Positions 37,914-48,027 of a stretch of DNA of 64,000 bases are shown here, piece after piece (within the stretch, counting starts at the first letter, position 1; every line of letters starts with the position of its first letter). The notes below the pieces were generated by a model that did not search any database, was not told the origin of the DNA, and saw nothing but the letters and a program-made list of their open reading frames with translations. A program made the translations under genes and the position numbers. This DNA comes from Actinomycetota bacterium (GTDB taxonomy: Bacteria; Actinomycetota; UBA4738; HRBIN12): contig JBKPHM010000047.1 in NCBI GenBank assembly GCA_046729855.1, positions 1,605-65,604 of the forward strand, in the 5' to 3' direction.

Positions 37914-39098
37914 TCACAGGACCTCCATCTCGGCGGTCACGGGCACGTCCAGGCGCTCCTGCACGCGGGGAGCGTCGATCACCTCGAACGCGTACCGCTG
38001 CGTCTGGACGTGGTACAGGTGCCCCGTCTCTCGGGACGAGAGCCCGATCGTCACCCAGTATGTCCCGGCCGTGTACGGGAACGACTCCGCGCGGAACAGC
38101 ACCCGGCGCTTACCCTCGAACGGCTCGAGCACGACCCCACACGCCGAGGCCTGCGCGTCGAGGACCGGGTGGTTCGTCCGGCCGTCGAGGATCTGAAAGT
38201 CCACCTCGAGGTCGGGCAGCCGCTCGTTCGTGCGCAGGTCCACCTGGATCGTGAGCGGCTCGCCGCGCAGGATCCGGCCGGTGCCGCCGCCCGAGATCTC
38301 GACCGCCTCGATCTCGGCCTCGCGGGTCCCCTCCTCGGGGATGAACGCCTGGTCCGACTGGCCGAGTAGCACGTACCGCATCTCGCGCACCACGTCCTCG
38401 GGGCCGCCGCGCGCGTGGACGCGGCCGCGATGGAGCATCACGGCCCGGTCGCAGATCGCGATCACGGTGTCGAGGGCGTGCGTGACCAGGACGATCGTCC
38501 GTCCCTCCCGCTGGAACCGCCGCACGCGATCGATGCACTTGGCCTGGAACGCCTCGTCGCCGACCGCGAGGACCTCGTCGATCAGCAGCACGTCCGGCTC
38601 GACGTGCACGGCGACGGCGAACCCCAACCGCACGAGCATGCCCGACGAGTAGAACTTCACTTGGTTGTCCATGAAGTCCTCGAGCTCGGCGAATGCGACG
38701 ATGTCGTCGTACGTGCGGTCGACGTCGCGACGCGAGAGCCCGAGAAAGGAGCCGTTCAGGTAGACGTTCTCGCGGCCGGTGAGCTCGGGATGGAACCCCG
38801 CACCCAGCTCGAGGAGGGCGGCGAGGCGGCCGCGCTGTCGCACTATCCCCGCGGTGGGCCGCAGGATGCCGGCGATCACCTTGAGGACGGTGGTCTTTCC
38901 CGAGCCGTTGTGCCCGATCAGCCCGAGCGTCGAGCCCCGCGGCACGTCGAACGTGACATCGCGCAGGGCCCAGAAGTCCTCGGCGCGCGAGCGGGACGTC
39001 AGCAGCCGCGCCTTCAGCGACGACGGCTTCTCGCGGAACAGCTTGAACCGCTTGCTCACGTCGTCGACCTGAATCGCGGGGCCCTCGCCCCCGTTCAT
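37914..39098 (-). CDS. Polysaccharide-export ABC transporter ATP-binding protein (Wzt/TagH-like) with C-terminal substrate-binding-type domain
   Basis: Walker A GHNGSGKTT, signature YSSGMLVRL, Walker B LLIDEVLAVGD, then an extra beta-rich domain of about 150 aa. ATG 39098 overlaps the permease stop. Confidence 0.9.
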   Translation of the reverse strand: MNGGEGPAIQVDDVSKRFKLFREKPSSLKARLLTSRSRAEDFWALRDVTFDVPRGSTLGLIGHNGSGKTTVLKVIAGILRPTAGIVRQRGRLAALLELGAGFHPELTGRENVYLNGSFLGLSRRDVDRTYDDIVAFAELEDFMDNQVKFYSSGMLVRLGFAVAVHVEPDVLLIDEVLAVGDEAFQAKCIDRVRRFQREGRTIVLVTHALDTVIAICDRAVMLHRGRVHARGGPEDVVREMRYVLLGQSDQAFIPEEGTREAEIEAVEISGGGTGRILRGEPLTIQVDLRTNERLPDLEVDFQILDGRTNHPVLDAQASACGVVLEPFEGKRRVLFRAESFPYTAGTYWVTIGLSSRETGHLYHVQTQRYAFEVIDAPRVQERLDVPVTAEMEVL

Positions 39099-39988
39099 AG
39101 CTCCTCCGCGAAGTCGCCCGATAGGTCGAAGAACCGCCCCCACGTGAACCGCAGGAACGCGATCGACGCGAGCAGCACGATCGCCAGCACGCCGGCGAGC
39201 CATCCGAGCGACACCGGCGGCAGGATCGACTCCCCCTCGGGCGATACGGCTCCGTAGATCGCGCGCTGGAACCCGGACACGATCGGGGCGAGCGGGTTCA
39301 GGAGGTAGAGGTTCCAAAGCCACTGCCCGCGCTCGATGAGCTCGTAGTAAACGAGGTACCCCGCGTACACGATCGGCGTGAACCAGAACCACACGAGCAG
39401 CGCGAGCGTGAGGAGGTGCTGGATGTCGCGGTACCGCACGTTCAGGGCCGACAGCCACAGCGTCACCGCGAGGGTGAAGACCAACAGCGTCGCGAACGCC
39501 AGCGGGTACAGCGCGATCTCCGGCCACCGCAGGCCGTAGCCCGATACCAGGACGAACAGCAGGAACACGGCCGTCTGGAGCACGAAGTCGACGAGCGCGA
39601 CCCCGATCGCCGACAGCGGCAGGACCTCGTGCGGAAACGCCACCTTCTTGACGAGGTTCGAGTTGTCGATCACCGACCTCGCGCCGGTCGTGAGCGAGAC
39701 CGAGAACAGGTTCCACGCGAGCAGGCCGGACAGCAGGTACACGGGGTAGTCCGGGAACCGCCCCCGCGTGACGCGGATGACGAAGCTGAACACCGCGAGG
39801 AACACGAGCGGGTTCAGGAGCGACCAGATCGCACCCAGGACCGAGGCGGCGTACTTGACCTTCAGCTCCTTGCGGACGAGGTTCATCAGGACCTCGCGGT
39901 GCGCGAGTAGCACTCGGATCCGCCGGCGGACGTTCAGCCGAGGCGGCTCGGAGGTCCGTTCGATGCCGTCGACCGTGGTCGCGTTCAT
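39095..39988 (-). CDS. ABC-2 type polysaccharide-export permease (Wzm-like)
   Basis: LLAHREVLMNLVRKELKVKYAASVLGAIWSLLNPL followed by 6 TM segments. ATG 39988 overlaps the upstream GT4 stop. Confidence 0.88.
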   Translation of the reverse strand: MNATTVDGIERTSEPPRLNVRRRIRVLLAHREVLMNLVRKELKVKYAASVLGAIWSLLNPLVFLAVFSFVIRVTRGRFPDYPVYLLSGLLAWNLFSVSLTTGARSVIDNSNLVKKVAFPHEVLPLSAIGVALVDFVLQTAVFLLFVLVSGYGLRWPEIALYPLAFATLLVFTLAVTLWLSALNVRYRDIQHLLTLALLVWFWFTPIVYAGYLVYYELIERGQWLWNLYLLNPLAPIVSGFQRAIYGAVSPEGESILPPVSLGWLAGVLAIVLLASIAFLRFTWGRFFDLSGDFAEEL

Positions 39989-41310
39989 CGCGGCGTCGAC
40001 AGCTCCTCGAGCGCCCGGGCGTAGGACGCGCCGTAACCCTGCGCGAGCCGCTCCTCGGTTACACCGAGGTCGGCCAGCGCGCCGGCCCACCGAGCAAGCG
40101 CGCGCCGCGACGGGTCGTGAAGGAGCGCGAGCGTCCCCTCGATCGCATCGGCGTATCCGCGCGCGGACGCGTTCGTCGACGCGAGCCGCTCCATGTGCGC
40201 CTTCGCCTGGCTACCGATCCGCACGCGACGGTCGACGTCGTCGCGCAGCCCGGCGATCGCCTGCTCGAGCTCGGCGGCGTCGGGCCGTCCCGGCGAGACG
40301 CGGACGACCATCGCGTCGGGGACGTCGAGGTACGTGCCGGTCGCCGAGACGATCGTCGTAAGGCCGGACTGCATTGCGCGCGACAGCGAGCCGCTCACCT
40401 CGCCCCGGTGCGGGAACCGCAAGTCGACGCCGACGTCGGCGGCGTGCATCCACTCGAGGAAGTCCTCATCGCTCACGTCGGTCAGCAGCGTCGCTCGACC
40501 GCCCAGGCCGGACGCGCGGACGACCGCGTCGGCGTCGAACCCGTCGATCCGCCGCCCGACCAGCACGACGTGGACGTCCTCCGGCAACCGTCGAACCGCC
40601 TCGAGCACCGCATCGATCTGCTTGGCGGCGTTGAGATCCCCGAACACGCCGACCAGGAACCCCATCCCCTGCGCCTCCAGCGGGCCGCGCAGCAGGTTCC
40701 GCCGCGACGCCGCGCGACGGAGTACCTCCGGCCGTTCGACCGGCGGATGCGGGACGACGAACACCGGCGTCCGGCACCCGAACTCGCGCACGTAGCGTTC
40801 GACGAACGCCGAGTGCACCACTATGCCGCGGGCGCGCCGCGCGACGTGCGCGACGAACGGCACGCGCAGCGGCGGGTTGGCGAGCGCGTCGTCCGAGCGT
40901 AGCCGCTCCGCGTTCGCTAGCCCCTCGCGGATCGCCTGGAAGCCGTGCGCATCGCTGGCCGCGGTGAGCCCGTGCACGAAGTCGTCGAGCGCCAGGTCGT
41001 GGACCACGACCAGCCCCGGCGTCTGGATCGCGTGCCGGTAGATGTCGTGATGGAACTCGACGTTGTTGCCCAGGTGGTAGACGCCGAGCCCGTACCACGG
41101 GATCAGCCCCTCGTGGACCGGCGTGACCGGCCACATCCGGTCGATCGGCCGCTCGTACCCGAGCAGCTCCAGGCCGGCCAGGATCGCCTGCGCGTACGTG
41201 GCGATGCCCGTGCGCGCCGGCGGCAGCGGTGACAGCCACGCGACCTTGTGGTCGAGCCGGCGGGCGGGTCGGATGGCGCGGCGTGCGGCGCGGGCGACGA
41301 AGCGCAGCAC
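39985..41310 (-). CDS. GT4-family (group 1) glycosyltransferase
   Basis: VAWLSPLPPARTGIATYA N-terminus and C-terminal GT-B region (FPHRGEVSGSLSRAMQSGLTTIVS). GTG 41310 lies 3 nt after the upstream stop. Confidence 0.8.
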   Translation of the reverse strand: MLRFVARAARRAIRPARRLDHKVAWLSPLPPARTGIATYAQAILAGLELLGYERPIDRMWPVTPVHEGLIPWYGLGVYHLGNNVEFHHDIYRHAIQTPGLVVVHDLALDDFVHGLTAASDAHGFQAIREGLANAERLRSDDALANPPLRVPFVAHVARRARGIVVHSAFVERYVREFGCRTPVFVVPHPPVERPEVLRRAASRRNLLRGPLEAQGMGFLVGVFGDLNAAKQIDAVLEAVRRLPEDVHVVLVGRRIDGFDADAVVRASGLGGRATLLTDVSDEDFLEWMHAADVGVDLRFPHRGEVSGSLSRAMQSGLTTIVSATGTYLDVPDAMVVRVSPGRPDAAELEQAIAGLRDDVDRRVRIGSQAKAHMERLASTNASARGYADAIEGTLALLHDPSRRALARWAGALADLGVTEERLAQGYGASYARALEELSTPR

Positions 41311-41313
41311 GGC

Positions 41314-42363
41314 TCACTCCAGCAATCGCGCGACGATGTCGGCCCAGCCAGGGACCGTCGCGCGGAGCTTCTCGTTGCCCGCCTCGCCCAGCCGCCGGGC
41401 GAGCTCGCGGTCCGCGTACAGCCGGTCAAAGGCCTCGGCGATCGCCCGCGGCTCGGGCGTGGCCACCAGGCCCGTGCGCCCGTCGTCGACGAACTCGAGC
41501 GGCCCGCCGCAGTCCGTGACCGTCACAACGGGGCGGTGCGCCGCGAACCCCTCGAGCGTGACGTACCCGTAGTCCTCGTCGAACGGTCCGTAGTAGACGC
41601 CGAGGGCGTTCAGGTATCGCTCGTAGAGCTGTTCGTCGGGGAGCCGTCCTACGAACTCGACCCGATCGGCCACGCCGTGCTTCCTCGCCTGCTCGCGGAG
41701 CGCCGGTCCGTCGGGACCTTCGCCGACGAGCGAGAGGTTGACTTCCGTCTCGACGTGCCGCATGGCCTCGACGGCGAGCGACTGCCGCTTCAGCGGCTCG
41801 AGCCGGCTCGGGAAGACGATCGTGTCGCCGTACGGGCCGGGCTCGCGCGGCAGAAGCGCCTCGCTGATCGGCGACGGGTGGTACAGGACTTCGCTCGAGA
41901 GACGGCGCGTCTTCCATAGCCGCTCCTGAACGTTGCGCGAGTTCGTGTAGATCCGCTTGGCCTCGCCGAGTGCGATCCGGTCGCTCTTCCAGACCATCTC
42001 GCGGACCGCTGGCCCGTCGTCCTGGCGCGAGAGGTCCGCGAATTCCGGGTGGTCCCACAGCTCGTAGGCGGAACGGTGTTGGTGGATCAGCCAAACGATC
42101 TTGCGCTCGTGCGGGACGAGGTACGCGGGGAACTTCAGCGCGATGGCCGCGTCGATCTTCAGACCGTTCGACTCTGCGATGTCGAGCGAACGCCACACGG
42201 CCATCTGGTGGAGCAGCTCGGTCGCCGGGTACCACTTGCCTGCGACGGTCACCATCTCGGCGTCGTGGCCGGCCTCGCGCAGGGCGCGCACGACGGACTC
42301 GGTGTGCGTCTCGGCGCCGCCGCGGACGAACGGCGTCTGCGCATGACAGACGGCGATCCTCAC
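41314..42363 (-). CDS. GT4-family (group 1) glycosyltransferase
   Basis: MRIAVCHAQTPFVRGGAETH... and C-terminal EDYGYVTLEGFAAHRPVVTVTDCGGPLEFV. GTG 42363 overlaps the upstream stop. Confidence 0.85.
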   Translation of the reverse strand: MRIAVCHAQTPFVRGGAETHTESVVRALREAGHDAEMVTVAGKWYPATELLHQMAVWRSLDIAESNGLKIDAAIALKFPAYLVPHERKIVWLIHQHRSAYELWDHPEFADLSRQDDGPAVREMVWKSDRIALGEAKRIYTNSRNVQERLWKTRRLSSEVLYHPSPISEALLPREPGPYGDTIVFPSRLEPLKRQSLAVEAMRHVETEVNLSLVGEGPDGPALREQARKHGVADRVEFVGRLPDEQLYERYLNALGVYYGPFDEDYGYVTLEGFAAHRPVVTVTDCGGPLEFVDDGRTGLVATPEPRAIAEAFDRLYADRELARRLGEAGNEKLRATVPGWADIVARLLE

Positions 42364-42740
42364 CCGTCGCCACCGCCTTTCTGGCGATCGAGACGCGCGA
42401 CCTCGGCCTCGAGCTCGGCCACGCGATCGGCGAGCGCCGCGTTCAGCTCAGCCAGGTCGGCGAGCAGGCGGTCGTAGCGCTTGGAGATCGGCCGGAGGAA
42501 GCGAAACAGGCGGAGCTTGAGCTGCCGCCGCCAACGGACCGAGTGCGTCAGGTTCGGCTCACCGCGCGGGAGGGCGCGCTTCTGGTCCTCACGCAACAGG
42601 GCGGCGAAGTCATGCAGCGCGTCTCGGACGGCTGCGATGTCCATCCGCGAGCGCGGCGTGGCCTCCTCGGCCCAGTACAGCTCGCGTTCCAGCGAAGCGC
42701 GCGTGCCACCCTCGTCGGGCCCCGTGACCTGCGTTTCCAT
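42360..42740 (-). CDS. Hypothetical coiled-coil protein, first gene of the glycosyltransferase/ABC operon
   Basis: 126 aa, high GC3. The C-terminal heptad-like segment LLADLAELNAALADRVAELEAEVARLDRQ suggests a coiled coil. I recognise no family. Confidence 0.55.
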   Translation of the reverse strand: METQVTGPDEGGTRASLERELYWAEEATPRSRMDIAAVRDALHDFAALLREDQKRALPRGEPNLTHSVRWRRQLKLRLFRFLRPISKRYDRLLADLAELNAALADRVAELEAEVARLDRQKGGGDG

Positions 42741-42824
42741 CGTGCGGGGAGCCTAGCATCGGGCCTGGTCGCGCCTCGGACCTGCAACGGAACCGCCACA
42801 AGGGCGCCCAGGTATGGTGCGTGA

Positions 42825-43601
42825 GTGATCGACGACCACGTGCTCCTGAACCGCCGCGAATGGGACGCGGACGCAGACAACTGGGTCGAGCGGGGCCGCG
42901 AGGCGTGGGCCCAAGACGAGCCGTCGTGGGGCATATGGCCCGTACCCGAGTCCGAGGTCGGGCTGCTCCCGGAGGTCGACGGGTCCGACGTCGTCGAGCT
43001 GGGCTGCGGGACCGCGTACATCTCGGCCTGGCTCGCGCGCCGGGGAGCGCGCCCCGTCGGTCTCGACAACTCGTCGCGTCAGCTGGCGACCGCGAGGCGG
43101 TTCCAAGAGGAGTTCGGGATCCGGTTCCCGCTGGTGCACGCCGACGGCGAGCGCCCGCCGTTCAGGGACGAGAGCTTCGACTTCGCGATCTCCGAGTACG
43201 GCGCGTCGATCTGGTGCGACCCGTACCGATGGATCCCGGAGGCGGCGCGAATCCTCCGGCAGGGCGGGCGGCTGCTGTTCATCGTCGGCGGGGCGATCAT
43301 GATGTGCTGCTACCCGACCGACGACGACGAGGCGCCCGCAGATACGAGGCTGCACCGGGACTACTTCGGCATGCACCGGTTCGAGTGGCGCGCCGAGGAC
43401 GGCCACATTGACGCGATCGAGTTCCACCTGACCCACGGCGACATGATCCGGCTTCTACGCTCGAGCGGCTTCGAGATCGAAGAGCTCGTGGAGATGCGGG
43501 CGCCCGAGGAGAAGCCGAAGGAAACGACGAGGTGGTACGTCGAGTGGGAGTGGTCTCGCCGCTGGCCGAGCGTCGAGGTCTGGAAGGCCCGGAAGCGATA
43601 G
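42825..43601 (+). CDS. Class I SAM-dependent methyltransferase
   Basis: Motif I VVELGCGTAYIS, then RPVGLDNS and FDFAISEYGA. 258 aa. Confidence 0.85.
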   Translation: MIDDHVLLNRREWDADADNWVERGREAWAQDEPSWGIWPVPESEVGLLPEVDGSDVVELGCGTAYISAWLARRGARPVGLDNSSRQLATARRFQEEFGIRFPLVHADGERPPFRDESFDFAISEYGASIWCDPYRWIPEAARILRQGGRLLFIVGGAIMMCCYPTDDDEAPADTRLHRDYFGMHRFEWRAEDGHIDAIEFHLTHGDMIRLLRSSGFEIEELVEMRAPEEKPKETTRWYVEWEWSRRWPSVEVWKARKR

Positions 43602-43651
43602 CTCCCCGAAAATAGGTGCCGATCGGCGACGGTGTTTGCGTCCGTTTCGGA

Positions 43652-45010
43652 TCACCCCTGAACCGCGTCCGTCCAGATCGGACCCTCGCAGTCGTCTCGA
43701 AGCGGTAGCGGCACCGGGTCGCGCGGCTCCTGGTCGAAGTCGAACGCGCTGAGCAGTGGTGTCGCCTCTCGGTCCCGGTCCGTGAGCTGCCGTAGGCTCC
43801 AGTTGTCCTCGATGAACCGGAGCACGCTCGAGAACTCACCCAGCTCGGAGCTCACCACCGCTTCCTTCGCGTACGGGCTCAGCACGAGCAGCGGCACGCG
43901 GATCCCGAAGCCGAAGTCGTCCACCTGCGGCGGCGGTACGTGATCGTAGAACCCCCCATAGTCGTCCCACGTGACGAAGATCGCCGTGGTCGGCCACATC
44001 GGCGAGTTCATGATCGCGTCGATCACCTTCGTGGACCAGTTCTCGCCGTGACAGAAGTTGTACTCCGGGTGCTCGGACAGCTCGAACCGCGGCGTGATCC
44101 ACGTCACCGGTGGCAACGAGCCTGCCCGGATGTCCTCGAGCACCCTGTCCACCGGGAACATGTGCTCCTGCCACCGCTCGGGGTGCTCTCGGTAACGCCG
44201 GATCGCCGAATACGCCGACCAGATGTACCCGCGCTGATTCTCGCTGGCCGCGTAGTACGACCACGGGATCTCCTTGCGGTTCAGCAAGTCGCCCTCGGTC
44301 AGGAAGTCGAAGCAGGGCCGAACCTTCCTCACGATGCCCTCGGAGTCCCTCACCTCGACGAGCTGCTGCTCGGGCGCGTCGCACCCGAACGTCAGCGAGA
44401 AGAACCCGGTCCGCCGCGGGTTGTCGATCGCGCCGCCCGAGGTCGCCGCGATCGCGTACAGATGGTTTGGGAACGACGGCCCGTGCGCGCTCGCGAAGAA
44501 GTTGTCGAACAGCACGAACTCCTTCGCCCACCGCCAGTAGTTCGGCAGCTGGTTCCTCCGCAGCTGCGTGTACGCCCAGTCGCCGCTCGGGCCCTGGTCG
44601 AACCGGTCCATCTCGCCCTTGTGCCATGCATACAGCGCCGCCTGGTACGAGTGCGGGATGTCGGTCGGCACTCGACCGTCGGTCCCGCGCCGCAGCGGTC
44701 GTTCGACACCGTTGTCCATCCCGACCGTCACACCGTTCGCGCCAGGGAACGTGCCAAACAGGTGGTCGAATGTCCGGTTCTCCTTGATCAGGAACACCAC
44801 GTGCTTGATCGGGAACTTCGTCTCGAGCGCCGTCGCGTCGAACCCGCTCTCGGGCGCGCCCGTCGTGATCACGAACGGCGTCCACCTCGGCGACGGTCTC
44901 TCGCCCGAGCCGGCGGCCGTCCTGCTGCACGCCGCCGCGACGGTGGCGAAGACGGTGAGCCAGGCCGTGGCAGCCATCGGGCGTGCCGATGCGCGACGCG
45001 GCGCCCCCAT
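43652..45010 (-). CDS. Phosphoesterase family lipoprotein (phospholipase C / AcpA-like)
   Basis: Lipobox TVAAAC. IKHVVFLIKENRTFDHLFGTFPGANG is the phosphoesterase family signature. 11 nt downstream of rmlD. Confidence 0.88.
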   Translation of the reverse strand: MGAPRRASARPMAATAWLTVFATVAAACSRTAAGSGERPSPRWTPFVITTGAPESGFDATALETKFPIKHVVFLIKENRTFDHLFGTFPGANGVTVGMDNGVERPLRRGTDGRVPTDIPHSYQAALYAWHKGEMDRFDQGPSGDWAYTQLRRNQLPNYWRWAKEFVLFDNFFASAHGPSFPNHLYAIAATSGGAIDNPRRTGFFSLTFGCDAPEQQLVEVRDSEGIVRKVRPCFDFLTEGDLLNRKEIPWSYYAASENQRGYIWSAYSAIRRYREHPERWQEHMFPVDRVLEDIRAGSLPPVTWITPRFELSEHPEYNFCHGENWSTKVIDAIMNSPMWPTTAIFVTWDDYGGFYDHVPPPQVDDFGFGIRVPLLVLSPYAKEAVVSSELGEFSSVLRFIEDNWSLRQLTDRDREATPLLSAFDFDQEPRDPVPLPLRDDCEGPIWTDAVQG

Positions 45011-45021
45011 CGCGCGGGAGT

Positions 45022-45873
45022 CTAGCGGGGTGCCCGAACGCCGAGCCGGGACAGGAGGCCCACGAGCGAACGGTCCAGGACGGGCATCGGCTCGAGCCGC
45101 AGGTGCGGCACGAGGACGCTGACCAGCGCTGAGTCGCGCGGGCGCGGGGCCGAGAGGTTGAGCTCGTCCGCCTTCTGTGGGATCACGGCTCCGGGCAGGT
45201 CGCCGATCCGCTTGGCCCGCTCCAGGACCTCGAACCAGGTCGTCGGCTCGGGTCCGGCCAAGTGGTACGTCCCAAACCGCCGCACCAGCGCGAGTGGGAT
45301 CAAGCGAGCGGCCAGCTCCGTCACGTCGGTCGGCGACCCGACCCGGTCGGCCAGCCCGCCGACCTCCTCGCCGGCGATCAGTCGGCTTAGTGCGCCGGTC
45401 AGGAAGTCCGATCCGCCGCCGAACACGTAGCCGGTCCGCACGATCAGGTGCGCCGCGCCCGCATGCATGACGAGCTGTTCGCCGAGCAGCTTGCTCCGCG
45501 CGTACACCGACAGCGGGTTCGGCGCATCCGTCTCGTCGTACGGCGCTCGCTTCTCACCGTCGAAGACGTAGTCCGTCGAGACGTGCAGGAACACTGAGTC
45601 GGTCTCCCTCGCGGCGAGCGCGAGGTTGTGCGGACCGACGGCGTTGTCGCGGAACGCGCGCTCGGGTTCCGCCTCGCACGCGTCCACCTTGGTGAACGCG
45701 GCCAGGTTGAGGACCAGCTCGGGTTCGAGCGGCACGACCGCCCGCATCACCGCGTCGAAGTCGCCCACGTCGAGCGCCGCGTGGTCGAACTCGTGCACGT
45801 CGTGATGGGACGGCACCTGCGCCAGGAACGCGCGCGCCAGCCCGCCGCCGGCGCCGGTGACGACGATCCTCAT
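45022..45873 (-). CDS. rmlD: dTDP-4-dehydrorhamnose reductase
   Basis: MRIVVTGAGGGLA...NLAAFTKVDACE...STDYVFDG. ATGA overlap with the rmlB stop. Confidence 0.93.
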   Translation of the reverse strand: MRIVVTGAGGGLARAFLAQVPSHHDVHEFDHAALDVGDFDAVMRAVVPLEPELVLNLAAFTKVDACEAEPERAFRDNAVGPHNLALAARETDSVFLHVSTDYVFDGEKRAPYDETDAPNPLSVYARSKLLGEQLVMHAGAAHLIVRTGYVFGGGSDFLTGALSRLIAGEEVGGLADRVGSPTDVTELAARLIPLALVRRFGTYHLAGPEPTTWFEVLERAKRIGDLPGAVIPQKADELNLSAPRPRDSALVSVLVPHLRLEPMPVLDRSLVGLLSRLGVRAPR

Positions 45874-46847
45874 CGCGCGGGTTCCGGCATCGCCTGTCGG
45901 ATCTCATCGACGTGCTCGCGGTACCAATCGACCGTCATCGCGAGCCCATCGTCGAACCCGATCCGCGGCGTCCATCCCAGCGCGTGCACGCGGTCGGCGC
46001 GAACGCCGTACCGGAAGTCGTGGCCCGGCCGGTCCTCGACGAACGTGATCAGCGATTCGTCCACGCCGGCCAGTGCGCAGATCCGTTGCGCGAGCTCGAG
46101 GTTCGACAGCTCGAACCCCTCGCCGATGTTGTAGATCACGTCGGGGTCGCCGCGCTCGAGCACCGCGACGGCGGCGCGCGCCCACTCGGTGACGTACAGA
46201 TACTCCCGTCGCTGCTCGCCCCGGCCGTACACCGGGATCGGGCGGCCGTCGAGCGCCGCAAGCGTGTAGGTCGGCACGACGCGCTCGAGCTGCCGCGGGC
46301 CGAACGCGTTGGTGCCGCGGACGACCGTCACGTCGATCCCGTAGGTCTGGCGGTACGCCTGAGACAGAAGGTCGGCCGCCGCCTTGCTCGCCGCATATGG
46401 GCTCCGCGGGCGGACCGGATCGTCCTCGGCGAACAGCCCGCCGTCGATCGGGCCTTGCCCGTAGACCTCGTCGGTCGAGACCATCAGCAGTCGCGTTCGG
46501 CGTTCGCGAACGGCCTCGAGCACCGTCTGCGTCCCGAGGACGTTCGAGACGACGAACTCCCGTGGGCCGGCGATGCTCCGGTCGACGTGCGCCTCCGCCG
46601 CCGCGTGGATCACCGCGTCGGCGTCGCGAACGAGTCCATCGAGCGTTTCGGCGTCGTTGACGTCCGCGACGACGAACCGGAACCGGCCGTCGCCCTCGTG
46701 CTGCGCCAGGTTCTCGCGGCGGCCGCCGATCGACAGGCGATCGAGCACCGTGACACGGGTGTCGTCGCGTTCGAGGAGCACGTCCACCACGTGCGAGCCG
46801 ATGAAGCCGGCACCGCCCGTGACCAGCACGTGTCGCGCGTCCCCCAT
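45870..46847 (-). CDS. rmlB: dTDP-glucose 4,6-dehydratase
   Basis: VLVTGGAGFIGSHVV...HAAAEAHVDRSI...STDEVYG...PYAASKAAADLL. Internal ATG 46847. 325 aa. Confidence 0.95.
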   Translation of the reverse strand: MGDARHVLVTGGAGFIGSHVVDVLLERDDTRVTVLDRLSIGGRRENLAQHEGDGRFRFVVADVNDAETLDGLVRDADAVIHAAAEAHVDRSIAGPREFVVSNVLGTQTVLEAVRERRTRLLMVSTDEVYGQGPIDGGLFAEDDPVRPRSPYAASKAAADLLSQAYRQTYGIDVTVVRGTNAFGPRQLERVVPTYTLAALDGRPIPVYGRGEQRREYLYVTEWARAAVAVLERGDPDVIYNIGEGFELSNLELAQRICALAGVDESLITFVEDRPGHDFRYGVRADRVHALGWTPRIGFDDGLAMTVDWYREHVDEIRQAMPEPAR

Positions 46848-46861
46848 CGGTGCGGCGCAGT

Positions 46862-48016
46862 CTACCGGCCGCCCGCCGCGGCCTGCCTCAGCACGGCGAC
46901 CGTCCGCCGGGCCGTCTCGTGCCAGGTGAACCGGGCCGCGCGGGCGAGGCCCGCCCCGATCAGCCGGTCGCGTAATCCCTCGTCGTCGAGCAACTCCTGG
47001 AGCCCGGTCGTGATCTGCTTCTCGTCGTTCGGGTCGACGAGATACGCGGCCTGGCCGGCGACCTCGGGTAGGGACGCGACGTTCGACGTCAGCACCGGCA
47101 CGCGTGCGGCCATGCCCTCGAGCACCGGGAACCCGAAGCCCTCGTACAGCGACGGGTACGCGACGATGGTCGCCTGCGAGAGCAGCGCCCGCTTCTCGGA
47201 GAACCCGACGAAGCCGATCAGGACGATCCGGCGCCGGATCGCCGCGGGGAGCGCGTCGATCTGCGAACGCAGTCGCTGCGGCGTCTCCGGGTACCACGGC
47301 ACCGGCCCGCCTGCGATCACGAGCATCGCGTCCGTGTCCACGTCCGCAAACGCTCGCGCGAGCGCTTCGAGGTTCTTGCGCGGCTCGAGCCCTCCGACGA
47401 ACAGCACGAATCGCCCCTCGATCCCGAACCGTCGCCGGACGGCCTGGCCGGCGCGCTGCGGCACGGAACGGATCTGGTCCGCGTTGACCCCGTGCGGGAT
47501 CACCGTGATGCGCCGCTCGTCGACGCCGTGGAACTCCTGCAGGTCCACGGCGGTCGCGCGGGATGGGACGATCAGCGCGGCCGATCGTTCGATCGCGCGC
47601 CTCAGCAGCGCCCGCCACCCCTCGTCGACGTGCGGCGCCGTTTCGGGGAACCGCTCGAACCCGAGATCGTGCACGACCGTCGCCAGCTCCCGACGATTCG
47701 TCGGCGGCGGAAAGTAGTTCGTGGCGAACAGCACATCGAACCGCGAGGTCCATTCGATCAGCGGAAGCCGGTACTTCAGCGAGAGCGGCTGATGAACCCG
47801 CGCCGGGAACCGCATGCCGCGCTCGATGAGGTTCGGCGCCTCCTCGTCGGCGAAGAACCGACCCGGTCGGAACAAACGCCGAAGGTGCACGTACCAGGCG
47901 ACGAACTCGTCGTCCGGGGCGGCACCTGGGAGATGCCGTGTGATCTGGTCGGCGTAGTGCCCAACGCCCGTCCGACGCGGGTGGACAGCCGGGCGAGCGT
48001 CGATCAGGACCCGCAC
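46862..48016 (-). CDS. GT4-family (group 1) glycosyltransferase
   Basis: VRVLIDARPAVHPRRTGVGHYA..., GGLEPRKNLEAL and PSLYEGFGFPVLEGMA motifs. GTG 48016 lies 12 nt after the rmlA stop. Confidence 0.85.
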   Translation of the reverse strand: MRVLIDARPAVHPRRTGVGHYADQITRHLPGAAPDDEFVAWYVHLRRLFRPGRFFADEEAPNLIERGMRFPARVHQPLSLKYRLPLIEWTSRFDVLFATNYFPPPTNRRELATVVHDLGFERFPETAPHVDEGWRALLRRAIERSAALIVPSRATAVDLQEFHGVDERRITVIPHGVNADQIRSVPQRAGQAVRRRFGIEGRFVLFVGGLEPRKNLEALARAFADVDTDAMLVIAGGPVPWYPETPQRLRSQIDALPAAIRRRIVLIGFVGFSEKRALLSQATIVAYPSLYEGFGFPVLEGMAARVPVLTSNVASLPEVAGQAAYLVDPNDEKQITTGLQELLDDEGLRDRLIGAGLARAARFTWHETARRTVAVLRQAAAGGR

Positions 48017-48027
48017 GAGGCGAGAGC

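Noticed and set aside
37831-37917. N-terminal extension of the small membrane protein (VNVEPLAPPTSEPTEPRNEPRTEKETRRP) with short EP-repeats and CTTGGCTC DNA repeats.
   Set aside because: It uses several rare codons (CCA, AGG, AAT, AGA, CGA) and contains GGAGAAGGAG ahead of ATG 37830. It is more likely a 5' leader, although GTG 37917 (GTGA overlap with the Wzt stop) cannot be excluded.
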